From: an uncultured Actinomycetota bacterium
GTDB lineage: Bacteria; Actinomycetota; Humimicrobiia; Humimicrobiales; Humimicrobiaceae
Length of the DNA: 64,000 nt
Direction of reading: 5' to 3'
Assembly (NCBI GenBank): GCA_964494385.1
Contig: CAZBSE010000002.1
Coordinates: 1,597-65,596 of the forward strand
In this document: positions 1 through 10,443 of the stretch, in pieces
How the letters are laid out: each line of letters begins with the position of its first letter
How positions within the stretch are numbered: the first letter of the stretch is position 1
The notes under the pieces: model-generated
Told to the model about the DNA's origin: nothing
Seen by the model: only the letters and a program-made list of their open reading frames with translations
Databases searched by the model: none
Made by a program: the position numbers and the translations under genes

Positions 1-233
1 CTTTCCATTAAATATTATCTTTCCGCCTACTATCTTTCCGGAAGGCTTGGGAATAAGTCTTAGAATAGAAAGAGCGGTAACACTCTTTCCGGAACCTGTT
101 TCGCCAACTATTCCTAAAGTTTCTCCCTTCTTAAGGCTGAAACTGACTCCATCAACAGCTTTTACTGTACCGTAGTCAGTAAAAAAATAGGTTTTTAAAT
201 CTTTTACTTCCAGTAATTTATTATTTGTCGACA
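1..233 (-). CDS. oppD: Oligopeptide/dipeptide ABC transporter ATP-binding protein, N-terminal fragment; the gene runs off the window edge
   Basis: Reverse-complement translation from ATG at 231-233 gives [52 protein letters not shown]..., a Walker A ABC ATPase N-terminus. It lies directly downstream of the two permeases in the same operon. Confidence 0.8.
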
Positions 234-261
234 TTTTTTTCTATATTGATCTATGTTTTTA

Positions 262-1188
262 TTATTTTAACTTTGGGTCAAAAGCATCTCTCAGGCCATC
301 TCCAAGCAATACAAAACCCAGGACGGTTATCACAATGGCCATTCCCGGGAACAACATCATCCACGGAGCAATATCAATATAATCAAGAGATTCCGAAAGC
401 ATTTTCCCCCACGCAGGAGTTGGGGGTTGAACTCCTATCCCCAGAAAGCTTAATGCCGCTTCTACAATAATAGCGGTACCGACATTCATAGTGGCATACA
501 CTATTATTGGAGCCATGGCATTTGGAAAAATATGCTTTATAATTATTCTGTAATTGCTTGCACCCAGCGCCCTGGCTGCCTCTATATATTCCTTATTTTT
601 AATAGATAAAATAGAACTTCTAAAAATCCTGGCAAAAGCTGCCCATCCCAGAACACCAATAGCTATAAATATATTTACAATACCCGGACCCAGGATAGTC
701 ATAATTGCTATAGCTCCCAGGATATATGGAAATGCAAAAAAAATATCAGCTACTCTCATAATTACAGCATCCGAGATATTACTAAAATAACCTGCAATTG
801 CTCCAAAAAATAATCCTATTAACGCTGATATACCAACTGCTATTATACCTACCTGTATAGAAATCCTGCTTCCATAAATAACCCTGCTGAATATATCTCT
901 CCCCAATAAATCAGTTCCAAAAAGATGGGCTCCATTAGGTGAAACCGATGATTCTTCCTTTATTCTTTCTATAGGATCATATGGAGAAATAAAAGGAGCA
1001 AAAATTGCAATCATTATTAAGATTATTACAATTGCCAGGCCCAGCATTGCCAATTTATTTCTTCTTAATCTTCTCCAGGCGTCTTTATATAAAGATGATC
1101 TGGCATATTTTTTTTCAATTATTATTTCGTTTATAACTTCAAGATCGTCTTTTTTTCTTTTTCTATCAGGGTTCATATTTAAAATCAC
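262..1188 (-). CDS. oppC: Peptide ABC transporter permease (OppC/DppC type)
   Basis: 308 aa polytopic membrane protein with BPD-transporter-like segments. Overlaps the upstream permease by 4 nt. Confidence 0.85.
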   Translation of the reverse strand: MILNMNPDRKRKKDDLEVINEIIIEKKYARSSLYKDAWRRLRRNKLAMLGLAIVIILIMIAIFAPFISPYDPIERIKEESSVSPNGAHLFGTDLLGRDIFSRVIYGSRISIQVGIIAVGISALIGLFFGAIAGYFSNISDAVIMRVADIFFAFPYILGAIAIMTILGPGIVNIFIAIGVLGWAAFARIFRSSILSIKNKEYIEAARALGASNYRIIIKHIFPNAMAPIIVYATMNVGTAIIVEAALSFLGIGVQPPTPAWGKMLSESLDYIDIAPWMMLFPGMAIVITVLGFVLLGDGLRDAFDPKLK

Positions 1189-2168
1189 ACATTTATTTCT
1201 CTTTTATGATACCTTATCCTGGGGTCCAGCCAGGCATATAATATATCCACTATAAGATTCATAAATACAAAAATGAATACTAAAATTAAAGTCCCGCCAA
1301 TCACTACCGGCGCATCTCTCTGTAATATTGCAAGATATATAACCCTTCCAACTCCGGGCCAGCTAAACACAGTTTCTGTAAGTATCGCTCCGCCCATAAG
1401 GGCTCCAAGATCTAAACCTATTAATGTAACTACCGGTATAAGCGCATTTTTTAGGGCATGTTTTCCAATTACTTTGAAATTTGATAAACCTTTGGCATAC
1501 GCTGTGGTCATATAGTCATTTGATATTACTTCAAGCATGCTGCTTCTGGTCATCCTCGCCACAAATGCAGTAGATACTGATGCCAGCGCTATTGCCGGTA
1601 GTATGTAATATCTGATACTGCCGTCACCCATACCTGACATGGGTAAAATCCCTAATTTTAATCCAAAAATTACCTGGAGCATCATTCCCAGCCAGAATAC
1701 GGGTACGCAGACGGCAAGTGTGGTAGAAACCGTGACCAGGGTATCCCAGAAAGTATATTTTTTTACAGCTGAGATTATCCCGGCCATTATTCCAATAATT
1801 ATTTCAATTATAATTGCAACAAATGCCAGTTTTATTGAATTTGGGTAATGTTCAGCCAGTATACTATTTACAGACCTCCTATACCTGTATGATGTACCTA
1901 GATCACCTCTAGCTAATTGCTTTACATATCTCCAGTACTGTACATATAAGGGTTTATCTATGCCCATTTTTACCCTTAAATTCTCCAGAGCCTGTTCAGT
2001 GGCACCTTTTTGGAGTATTAGCCTGGCAGGATCTTCAGGAATAACATACAACAATGTAAATAATAATAAAGTTACTCCTATTATTACCGGAATAATTTGT
2101 AATATGCGTCTTACTATATAAAGTAACATACTTATATACTTAAAATCTATTTCTTTTATTATTAGCAT
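1185..2168 (-). CDS. oppB: Peptide ABC transporter permease (OppB/DppB type)
   Basis: 327 aa, with the typical OppB N-terminal TM followed by a periplasmic loop and a BPD permease core. Confidence 0.85.
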   Translation of the reverse strand: MLIIKEIDFKYISMLLYIVRRILQIIPVIIGVTLLLFTLLYVIPEDPARLILQKGATEQALENLRVKMGIDKPLYVQYWRYVKQLARGDLGTSYRYRRSVNSILAEHYPNSIKLAFVAIIIEIIIGIMAGIISAVKKYTFWDTLVTVSTTLAVCVPVFWLGMMLQVIFGLKLGILPMSGMGDGSIRYYILPAIALASVSTAFVARMTRSSMLEVISNDYMTTAYAKGLSNFKVIGKHALKNALIPVVTLIGLDLGALMGGAILTETVFSWPGVGRVIYLAILQRDAPVVIGGTLILVFIFVFMNLIVDILYAWLDPRIRYHKREINV

Positions 2169-2262
2169 ACAGCCCGCACTGTTTAGGTGCAGGCTGTATG
2201 CTAATAAATCATATTAACCTTTTATCTGTTTCAACATTAAAATACAGTTATTCAAACTGCCT

Positions 2263-3855
2263 TTATTCTTTTTCAAACCATACCCTACTCAGGTCATAGT
2301 TTTCCATAGAATCTAATATGAAACCTTTAACATAAGACTGAACAATACGTCTGGACCCGTAGAAATAAATAAGTGCAAAAGCAGAATCTTCTAATATTTT
2401 ATCCTCTACTGCTCTATACTTCTCAATTCTTTCATCTTCGTCAACAGTTTTTCTTGCATCAAGCAGCATCTGGTCCACTTCAGCATTTGAGTACCCAGAG
2501 TAATTATCTGCTGATTCAGAATAAAATAATGGGAACAGGAAATTATCCATTATAGGATAATCGGCTATCCACCCCAGCCTGAAGAAACCGATTTCCCCAT
2601 TCTTGAAAGCATCAAGTGCTGCTCCCCACTCCATTCCTACTATTTCTACATCTATGCCTATTTCCGCAAGATCAGCCTGCATAGCCTCTGCTACTAACTC
2701 ATGGCCCGAACCAACATTTATTCCGAAGGTAATTGTTGGCAGACCTTCTCCGCCAGGATAACCTGCTTCTTCAAGCTTCTGTATTGCCATTTCCTGATTA
2801 TAGGTATATTCCATCGCATCTTTCCGAAATCCGGGTATACCCGGAGGAACAAAGCCTGTTGCCGGAGTTGGAACTCCTTCGCTTATTACATCAACGATAT
2901 TTTGCCTGTCAATGGCATAATTTACGGCTTCTCTTAATGCCAGATTATCCTTGAATGGCTCTATTTGTACATTCATGGCAAAATAATAAATTGCAAGCAA
3001 AGGTTTGATGATGGCAAGGTCTCCCAGCTCTGGATCATCTAATGTAGACTGAATCTTGCCCTGAGGAATTTGACAATATTCTAAATTTCCTGCCTGGAAT
3101 TCCCGGAATGCAGTATCCTCATCTGTAAGGATTACATATTTTACTTTTTCTAATTTAGCATTATCTCCATAATAATCATCATTTCTTTCAAGTTCAATAT
3201 ACTGATCATGCTTCCAGTCCACAAACTTGAACGCTCCGGTACCATTTACATGTTCTGCATATTCATCTCCCCACTCTTCAATATCTTCCTTTGCTACAGG
3301 GTAAAATACTACATGGCCCAACGTATTTATAAAATCAGCAAAGGGATATTTCAAGGTTACTTCAAGGGTATAATCATCTATGGCCTTCAAGCCTGCCAGT
3401 GTATCACCTTCGCCGGCCTGAAGTTCATCATAACCTACAATTGGTTCCATATGATATGCAAGATAAGACGCAGTTTCTGCCTGGCAAACTCTTGACCAGG
3501 AGTAAACAAAGTCCCCGGCTACAACTTCTCTGCCGCTGTGAAATTTTACGCCTTTTCTCAACTTGAAGGTGTAAGCCAGACCGTCACTGCTGATGTCCCA
3601 TGATTCCGCAATAGCCGGAACAACTTCCAGGGTTTCGGGGTCATACTTTACCAGTCCATCCCACACTTGTCTGATTACCTGGATTCCTTCACTCTCATAG
3701 CTGTTCGGCGGATCCAGGGATACAGGCTCATGAATATAGAGCCTCATTGTCCCACCGACTTTTTCTTCCGTTTTACAGCCAAAGAACACCAAACCTATAA
3801 GTGCCGCTACACAGACTATCACAACTGCCAAATATAATTTTCTGCTAATTTTCAT
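2263..3855 (-). CDS. oppA: Peptide/nickel ABC transporter substrate-binding lipoprotein (family 5 SBP)
   Basis: 530 aa with signal peptide and lipobox (VFFGC). SBP_bac_5-like sequence lying upstream of the permeases. Confidence 0.85.
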   Translation of the reverse strand: MKISRKLYLAVVIVCVAALIGLVFFGCKTEEKVGGTMRLYIHEPVSLDPPNSYESEGIQVIRQVWDGLVKYDPETLEVVPAIAESWDISSDGLAYTFKLRKGVKFHSGREVVAGDFVYSWSRVCQAETASYLAYHMEPIVGYDELQAGEGDTLAGLKAIDDYTLEVTLKYPFADFINTLGHVVFYPVAKEDIEEWGDEYAEHVNGTGAFKFVDWKHDQYIELERNDDYYGDNAKLEKVKYVILTDEDTAFREFQAGNLEYCQIPQGKIQSTLDDPELGDLAIIKPLLAIYYFAMNVQIEPFKDNLALREAVNYAIDRQNIVDVISEGVPTPATGFVPPGIPGFRKDAMEYTYNQEMAIQKLEEAGYPGGEGLPTITFGINVGSGHELVAEAMQADLAEIGIDVEIVGMEWGAALDAFKNGEIGFFRLGWIADYPIMDNFLFPLFYSESADNYSGYSNAEVDQMLLDARKTVDEDERIEKYRAVEDKILEDSAFALIYFYGSRRIVQSYVKGFILDSMENYDLSRVWFEKE

Positions 3856-3956
3856 TAAATCCTCCTTACTTATAACTATATCTCATAAATTAAAATTTTA
3901 CCTAGCAACCTCCTTTCATTTACCAGCATAAAATCATTATTTTTTACTTATTTATA

Positions 3957-4190
3957 TTATAAAAGAATAAATAATGTTATTGTCGTTGCCGCAAAAATTA
4001 TACCAAGTATTATTGTAAGCCTGTCAAGATTTTTTTCCACAATTCCCGCTCCGTCAAAGGTTTCTACCATACCGGAAAATAAACCCGATATTCCTCCGCC
4101 TCTTCCTGCATGCAGCAGTATCAATAATACCAGTCCAACACTTGCTATAATATGAAAAGAAAATAAAATATTTAACAAAACAGAACCCAT
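3957..4190 (-). CDS. secG: Preprotein translocase subunit SecG
   Basis: 77 aa with two TM segments and the Gly-rich LLHAGRGGGISGLFSG loop typical of SecG. It follows gpmI, as in many Firmicutes. Confidence 0.8.
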   Translation of the reverse strand: MGSVLLNILFSFHIIASVGLVLLILLHAGRGGGISGLFSGMVETFDGAGIVEKNLDRLTIILGIIFAATTITLFILL

Positions 4191-4308
4191 TTCAATACCC
4201 CTGTAACTATACTTAAATTTTTACTATATTTTATCAAAAAACCACTATATTAAAAATAAATTTATGTTTTAAAAGATTTATTATAAATAAATTTATGTAA
4301 AAGTAAAA

Positions 4309-5865
4309 CTATTTATCTCTTAAAAGGGCCTCTCCCGTCATCTCGCATGGTTTATCTATATTCAGCAGTTTTAGTATCGTAGGCGCTATATCTCTTAATT
4401 TAAAGTTGCCTCTATCGCTTTTTAGCTCTACTCCTGAATCGCAGGCTATAAAAGGAACCGGCGATATAGAATGCGCGGTTATAATTTCTTTACCGTCAGT
4501 GCTTAACATTTCTTCGACGTTACCATGATCTGCGGTTATCAATGCCAGCCCCCCCGCTTTTTTTAACCCTTCTATTACTCTTGCCACGCACCTGTCCACC
4601 GCTTCAACAGCTTTTATGGCCGCTTCGATAGAGCCCGTATGACCGACCATGTCGGGATTGGCATAATTTAAAATTATAACATCATATTTTTCTGATTTGA
4701 TTTCATCTACCAGGGTATCCGTTACTTCAAAGGCGCTCATTTCCGGTTTTAAATCATAAGTGGCAATTTTTGGCGAAGGAATTAATTTTCTATCCTCACC
4801 TTTAAAAGGCTTTTCAACACCGCCATTTAAAAAGAATGTTACATGAGCATATTTTTCAGTCTCTGCAATCCTTAATTGCTTTAAACCATTATTTGAGATA
4901 ACTTCCCCTAAAGTGTTTTTTATTTTTTGAGGAGGAAATGCTACGGGCACCTCAAACTTTTTATCATACTGTGTCATACATACAAAATACACTTCAGGCG
5001 GTTTTTTACCTCTATCAAACTCCTTAAATTTCCTATTTATAAATGCCCTTGTAATCTGTCTTGCCCTGTCAGGCCTGAAATTAAAGAAAATTACAGAATC
5101 ACCCGATTTGATCCTGGCCTTTTCTCCATCTATAATCTTCACTGTAGAAGGAATAACAAATTCATCATCCACATCGGCTTTATAAGATTCTCTAACCACA
5201 TCAACTGCTGTTTTAAATTCTTTTCCGCTTCTGTATACCAGATTATCATAACTTTTTTTACTTCTGTCCCATCTGTTATCCCTATCCATGCTGTAATATC
5301 TCCCGCTTACTGAAGCAATCTTTCCATTTCCTTTCTGCTTCAGATAATTATCTATCTCCTCCAGGTATGGTATTGCACTTCTGGGCGGAACATCCCTTCC
5401 GTCAAGAAAGGCATGGATGAATAAATCTTTTATACTGTTACTTTCAGCCAGGTCAATTAACGCTTCCAGGTGTTTTATGTGACTGTGTACGCCTCCATTC
5501 GATACCAATCCCATCAGATGAAGACTGTTGTTATTTTTTTTTATCCTTTCTATCGCACCTGCTAAAACTTTATTTTTAAAAAAATTCCTGCTTTTAATTT
5601 CTTTATTTATCCTGGTCAATTCCTGAAGCACAATCCTGCCCGCTCCAATATTTAAATGACCTACTTCTGAATTTCCCATCTGCCCTTCCGGAAGTCCGAC
5701 TGCTTCTCCTGATGCCTTTAATCTCACATTGGAATAAATTTTATTATACATATCCATATTAGGAGTTTTGGCAAGTCTTATTGCATTGCCATCAGTTCTA
5801 TCGGAAAGGCCCCATCCATCAAGTATTATCAGGCAAATTGGTCTAATTTTACTAAATTTATGCAC
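4309..5865 (-). CDS. gpmI: 2,3-bisphosphoglycerate-independent phosphoglycerate mutase
   Basis: 518 aa with the N-terminal ILDGWGLS motif and iPGM metalloenzyme architecture. Confidence 0.95.
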   Translation of the reverse strand: MHKFSKIRPICLIILDGWGLSDRTDGNAIRLAKTPNMDMYNKIYSNVRLKASGEAVGLPEGQMGNSEVGHLNIGAGRIVLQELTRINKEIKSRNFFKNKVLAGAIERIKKNNNSLHLMGLVSNGGVHSHIKHLEALIDLAESNSIKDLFIHAFLDGRDVPPRSAIPYLEEIDNYLKQKGNGKIASVSGRYYSMDRDNRWDRSKKSYDNLVYRSGKEFKTAVDVVRESYKADVDDEFVIPSTVKIIDGEKARIKSGDSVIFFNFRPDRARQITRAFINRKFKEFDRGKKPPEVYFVCMTQYDKKFEVPVAFPPQKIKNTLGEVISNNGLKQLRIAETEKYAHVTFFLNGGVEKPFKGEDRKLIPSPKIATYDLKPEMSAFEVTDTLVDEIKSEKYDVIILNYANPDMVGHTGSIEAAIKAVEAVDRCVARVIEGLKKAGGLALITADHGNVEEMLSTDGKEIITAHSISPVPFIACDSGVELKSDRGNFKLRDIAPTILKLLNIDKPCEMTGEALLRDK

Positions 5866-5875
5866 AACGACCGCC

Positions 5876-6631
5876 CTAATAATTGATTATTTTTATAAAA
5901 TCATCTACTTTTAAACTTGCGCCGCCTACTAATGCTCCGTCAATATCCGACATACTCATTAGCTCTGAAATATTAGAGGGTTTAACGCTTCCTCCATATT
6001 GAATCCTTGCAGATTCGGAAATTTCTTTCCCGTAGAACTCCCCTATCTTTCTTCTTATAGCCAGGCACATATCATTAGCATCTTTCGATGTAGCAGTTTT
6101 TCCGGTGCCAATAGCCCAGATTGGTTCATAAGCTATGGTAAGATTGATTATGTTTCTTTTATCTATATCAGCAAGACTTTCTATCATCTGATTTAATACA
6201 AATTCTTCTGCCATACCTTTTTCCCTGATATCCAGTGTCTCTCCAATGCACATAATAGGTTTTATACCTGAACTGTAAGCTGCATTTACTTTTTTACTGA
6301 CACTTCTATTTGTCTCTCCAAAATATTTTCTTCTTTCACTATGTCCTATGATTATATATTCTGCACCTATTACTTTTATCATTTCCGGTGAAATTTCTCC
6401 TGTAAAGGCTCCGCTGGATTCATAAAACATATTCTGAGCACCAAGTTTAATTTTAATATTTTTCTCATCGATTATAGCTTTAACACTCCCCAGAGCTGTT
6501 GCTGGAGGGCATACTGCTACTTCGCAATTATTTTTATTTTCATACTTCTGCTCTAATTCCCGCATGAATTTTGCGGCTTCCAGATGTGTCATATTCATTT
6601 TCCAGTTACCGGCAATAAAAGGCTTTCTCAT
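5876..6631 (-). CDS. tpiA: Triosephosphate isomerase
   Basis: 251 aa with the FIAGNWKMN and AYEPIWAIGTGKTA TIM signatures. Confidence 0.95.
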   Translation of the reverse strand: MRKPFIAGNWKMNMTHLEAAKFMRELEQKYENKNNCEVAVCPPATALGSVKAIIDEKNIKIKLGAQNMFYESSGAFTGEISPEMIKVIGAEYIIIGHSERRKYFGETNRSVSKKVNAAYSSGIKPIMCIGETLDIREKGMAEEFVLNQMIESLADIDKRNIINLTIAYEPIWAIGTGKTATSKDANDMCLAIRRKIGEFYGKEISESARIQYGGSVKPSNISELMSMSDIDGALVGGASLKVDDFIKIINY

Positions 6632-6661
6632 TTATAAAATCCTCTCTAGAAATTATTTATA

Positions 6662-7852
6662 TTATTTATCCATTAAAGAAACTACGCCCGGCAATTCCTT
6701 GCCTTCAAGGAATTCCATAGCCGCGCCGCCGCCGCTTGAAATATGCGTGAATTTCGAAGATAAATTATATTTCTTTAATGCGGCCAGAGTATCTCCGCCG
6801 CCTGCTATTGTCACCGCCTGGCTTCCGGCAACGGCGCAAGCAACGCTCCTGGTACCCTTAGAAAAATTATTCCACTCAAAAACGCCTACGGGCCCGTTCC
6901 AGAAAATAGTCTTTGCGATTGAGATTTCATTTCCGAATAGTTCCGCACTCTTCTGTCCGATATCAAGGCCCATCCAGTCTACCGGTATTGATTGTATGGA
7001 TACTGTTTTGTTATCTGCTTCACTGTCAAATTCTTTAGCTACCACAATATCGACAGGAAGTATTAATTTAACATTATTTTTTTTAGCAAGGGCCAGCATA
7101 TCCTTTGCAAAATTTATTTGATTATCCTCACAAATTGATTTTCCTATTTCATAACCCTGTGCCTTCAAGAAAGTGTATGTCATCCCGCCGCCTAATATTA
7201 AACTATCCACTTTACCAAGCAAATTTTCTATAACCTTTATTTTATCCGAAACCTTACTCCCCCCAAGTATGGCCAGAAAAGGTCTTTCCGGTGATTCCAA
7301 TATAGATGTTAAAACCTCAATCTCTTTTTTCATTAAAAATCCTGCAACCGATGGAAGGTATTTTGTAACTCCTACAATTGACGCATGCGACCTGTGTGCG
7401 GCGCCGAAAGCGTCGTCGACATAAATATCCGCAAGAGAAGCAAGTGATCTTGCCAGCTCATCATTATTATCCTTCTCTCCCGGATCGAATCTTAAATTCT
7501 CAAGCATTACTATTTCGCCGTAATCCATTTCATTATCTATATATTCTTTAATCTTTGGTGAAAATATCCGGTCAAATTTTTTGACTTTTTTGCCCGTTAA
7601 TTGCTCCAGCCTTTTTGCTGCCGGGTCCAGGCTGAATCTGGGTTCGATTTTTCCTTTCGGCCTCCCAAGATGAGACATTAAAATAGTTTTAGCATTATTT
7701 TTAATCAAATAATTAATAGTGGGCAATGATAATTTAATCCGCGTATCATCGGTAACATTTAATTCATTATCCAGAGGAACATTATAATCAACTCTTACCA
7801 GTACTTTCTTTTTGCTGACATCGATATCTTCAACTGTTTTTTTACTAAACAT
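6662..7852 (-). CDS. pgk: Phosphoglycerate kinase
   Basis: 396 aa with the RVDYNVP and ILGGSKVSDKI PGK motifs. Confidence 0.95.
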   Translation of the reverse strand: MFSKKTVEDIDVSKKKVLVRVDYNVPLDNELNVTDDTRIKLSLPTINYLIKNNAKTILMSHLGRPKGKIEPRFSLDPAAKRLEQLTGKKVKKFDRIFSPKIKEYIDNEMDYGEIVMLENLRFDPGEKDNNDELARSLASLADIYVDDAFGAAHRSHASIVGVTKYLPSVAGFLMKKEIEVLTSILESPERPFLAILGGSKVSDKIKVIENLLGKVDSLILGGGMTYTFLKAQGYEIGKSICEDNQINFAKDMLALAKKNNVKLILPVDIVVAKEFDSEADNKTVSIQSIPVDWMGLDIGQKSAELFGNEISIAKTIFWNGPVGVFEWNNFSKGTRSVACAVAGSQAVTIAGGGDTLAALKKYNLSSKFTHISSGGGAAMEFLEGKELPGVVSLMDK

Positions 7853-7930
7853 TTAAACCACCATAACCTTATCTCACAAATAACCGAGGCCTAAACCCCG
7901 GTTATTTATTATTCAGATCTGTTTTATTAT

Positions 7931-8956
<1,026 letters not shown>

Positions 8957-9071
8957 TTATAATAAAAATCGATAATTAACTGCACTTTATAAAATATAAA
9001 TCCTGTAATTTTATCAAATTTAAATAAATCAATAAAGTATATATTTTTAAAAAAATAATAACGGGTATATA

Positions 9072-9095
9072 TTCATCATATCCGCTTATGATGAA
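9072..9095. promoter_or_regulatory. Perfect 9-bp inverted repeat TTCATCATA-N6-TATGATGAA between the rapZ stop and the gap start. Candidate operator or weak terminator.
   Basis: Read directly from the sequence. It sits in the 149-bp rapZ-gap intergenic region. Confidence 0.3.
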
Positions 9096-9096
9096 T

Positions 9097-9981
9097 CTAA
9101 TTTTTCCTATCGATATCTTTATGAATTATCCTCGTAGCATAACCCTCTAGCTTCAGATACTCACATATCTTCTCTGATATTACTATGGAACGATGCTTCC
9201 CGCCTGTACAACCTATGGCTATTCCCAGATAACTTTTCCCTTCTGCAATATAATTTGGAATTAAGAAATCCAGCATCTTTTCAAACATTCTAAGAAATTT
9301 TTTAGTTTCTTCGCGGCATAAAACAAAATCAATAACTTTACTGTTCCTTCCGTCCAGATCTTTCAATTCTTCATTGTAAAAAGGATTGGGCAGAAATCTT
9401 ACATCCATTACAATATCCATATTCTCAGGCATTCCGTATCTATAACCAAATGAATTAATTGTTATCTGAAGCAGCTTACTTTTTTCGGCACTGTTCATCA
9501 TATTTTCAGTTATGGCTATCCTGAGCTCCTTTGGATTTAATATCGAAGTATCTATTATTACATTGGCTATTTCCCTCAGCCTTCCCATCTTTTCGATTTC
9601 TTTTTCAATACCGCTTGCAATATTACCATTCTCCACAAGAGGGTGCTTTCTCCTCGTTAGCGAGTACCTTTTTACTATAATACTCTTGGAAGCTTCCAGA
9701 AATAGAATTCTATATTCTAATTTTCTGTCATTAAGCTTATCCAGTGTTTTATATATTTCGTCAAAGAAGAATCCGCTTCTAAGGTCAATGGCAAATGCTA
9801 TTTTACTTATATTCCTGTCCTCCACGGAAAAATAATCAATTAGATTCAGAAGCAGAGGAACAGGCAGATTGTCTATGCAATAATATCCTGCATCCTCAAA
9901 ATATTTAAGAGCTTCCGTTTTACCTGCTCCCGATAATCCGGTTATTATAACTATTTTGATTTTATCTTTTACCATTTCCAC
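9097..9981 (-). CDS. rapZ: RNase adapter protein RapZ (YvcJ family P-loop protein)
   Basis: 294 aa with Walker A GLSGAGKT and the DVRFLPNPFY and IGCTGGKHRS motifs shared with RapZ/YvcJ. Confidence 0.9.
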   Translation of the reverse strand: MEMVKDKIKIVIITGLSGAGKTEALKYFEDAGYYCIDNLPVPLLLNLIDYFSVEDRNISKIAFAIDLRSGFFFDEIYKTLDKLNDRKLEYRILFLEASKSIIVKRYSLTRRKHPLVENGNIASGIEKEIEKMGRLREIANVIIDTSILNPKELRIAITENMMNSAEKSKLLQITINSFGYRYGMPENMDIVMDVRFLPNPFYNEELKDLDGRNSKVIDFVLCREETKKFLRMFEKMLDFLIPNYIAEGKSYLGIAIGCTGGKHRSIVISEKICEYLKLEGYATRIIHKDIDRKN

Positions 9982-10044
9982 GCTTGTAACTATATTTTCC
10001 TTCTAATATGTATAATAAAAAATCTTTTTTATATATAACCTATT

Positions 10045-10437
10045 TTAATCCTTTTTATCTTTTTTTTCCCTAAAGAAAACAATCTTTGAGATTACTATGC
10101 TAATGATGCTGATTACCAGAGAGCTCCATATATATCCCCAGAAACTTTCAACCTCCAATCCTTTTATAAATAAATCTACGATCCATAACATACCAGCATT
10201 TATAACAATATTAAACAGCCCCAGAGTTAATATGTTAATGGGCATAGACAATAATTTGATAATAGGCTTAACCAGCAAATTAAATAAGCCCAATAACAGG
10301 CCTGCTATAAAGGCAACCCTAAGCCTTTCCCATATGGTGTCTCCGGTTATATATATAAACGGTAGAAAATAGGAAGCCACCGCTATTGAAAAAGTAAGGA
10401 TTACCCAATCTAATAACCATCTTATCAAATAAATCAC
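10045..10437 (-). CDS. DUF360 / phage-holin-4_2 family small membrane protein (YvlD-like)
   Basis: 130 aa with four predicted TM helices. Sits between uvrC and rapZ, as yvlD does near uvrAB in Bacillus. No other phage genes are nearby. Confidence 0.55.
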   Translation of the reverse strand: MIYLIRWLLDWVILTFSIAVASYFLPFIYITGDTIWERLRVAFIAGLLLGLFNLLVKPIIKLLSMPINILTLGLFNIVINAGMLWIVDLFIKGLEVESFWGYIWSSLVISIISIVISKIVFFREKKDKKD

Positions 10438-10443
10438 CTGCTC

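Noticed and set aside
10045-10437. The phage-holin-family label on the DUF360 protein could suggest a prophage remnant
   Set aside because: No other phage genes, integrase or repeats are nearby. The gene sits in the conserved uvrBAC-rapZ context, as yvlD does in Bacillus. It was treated as a housekeeping membrane protein.
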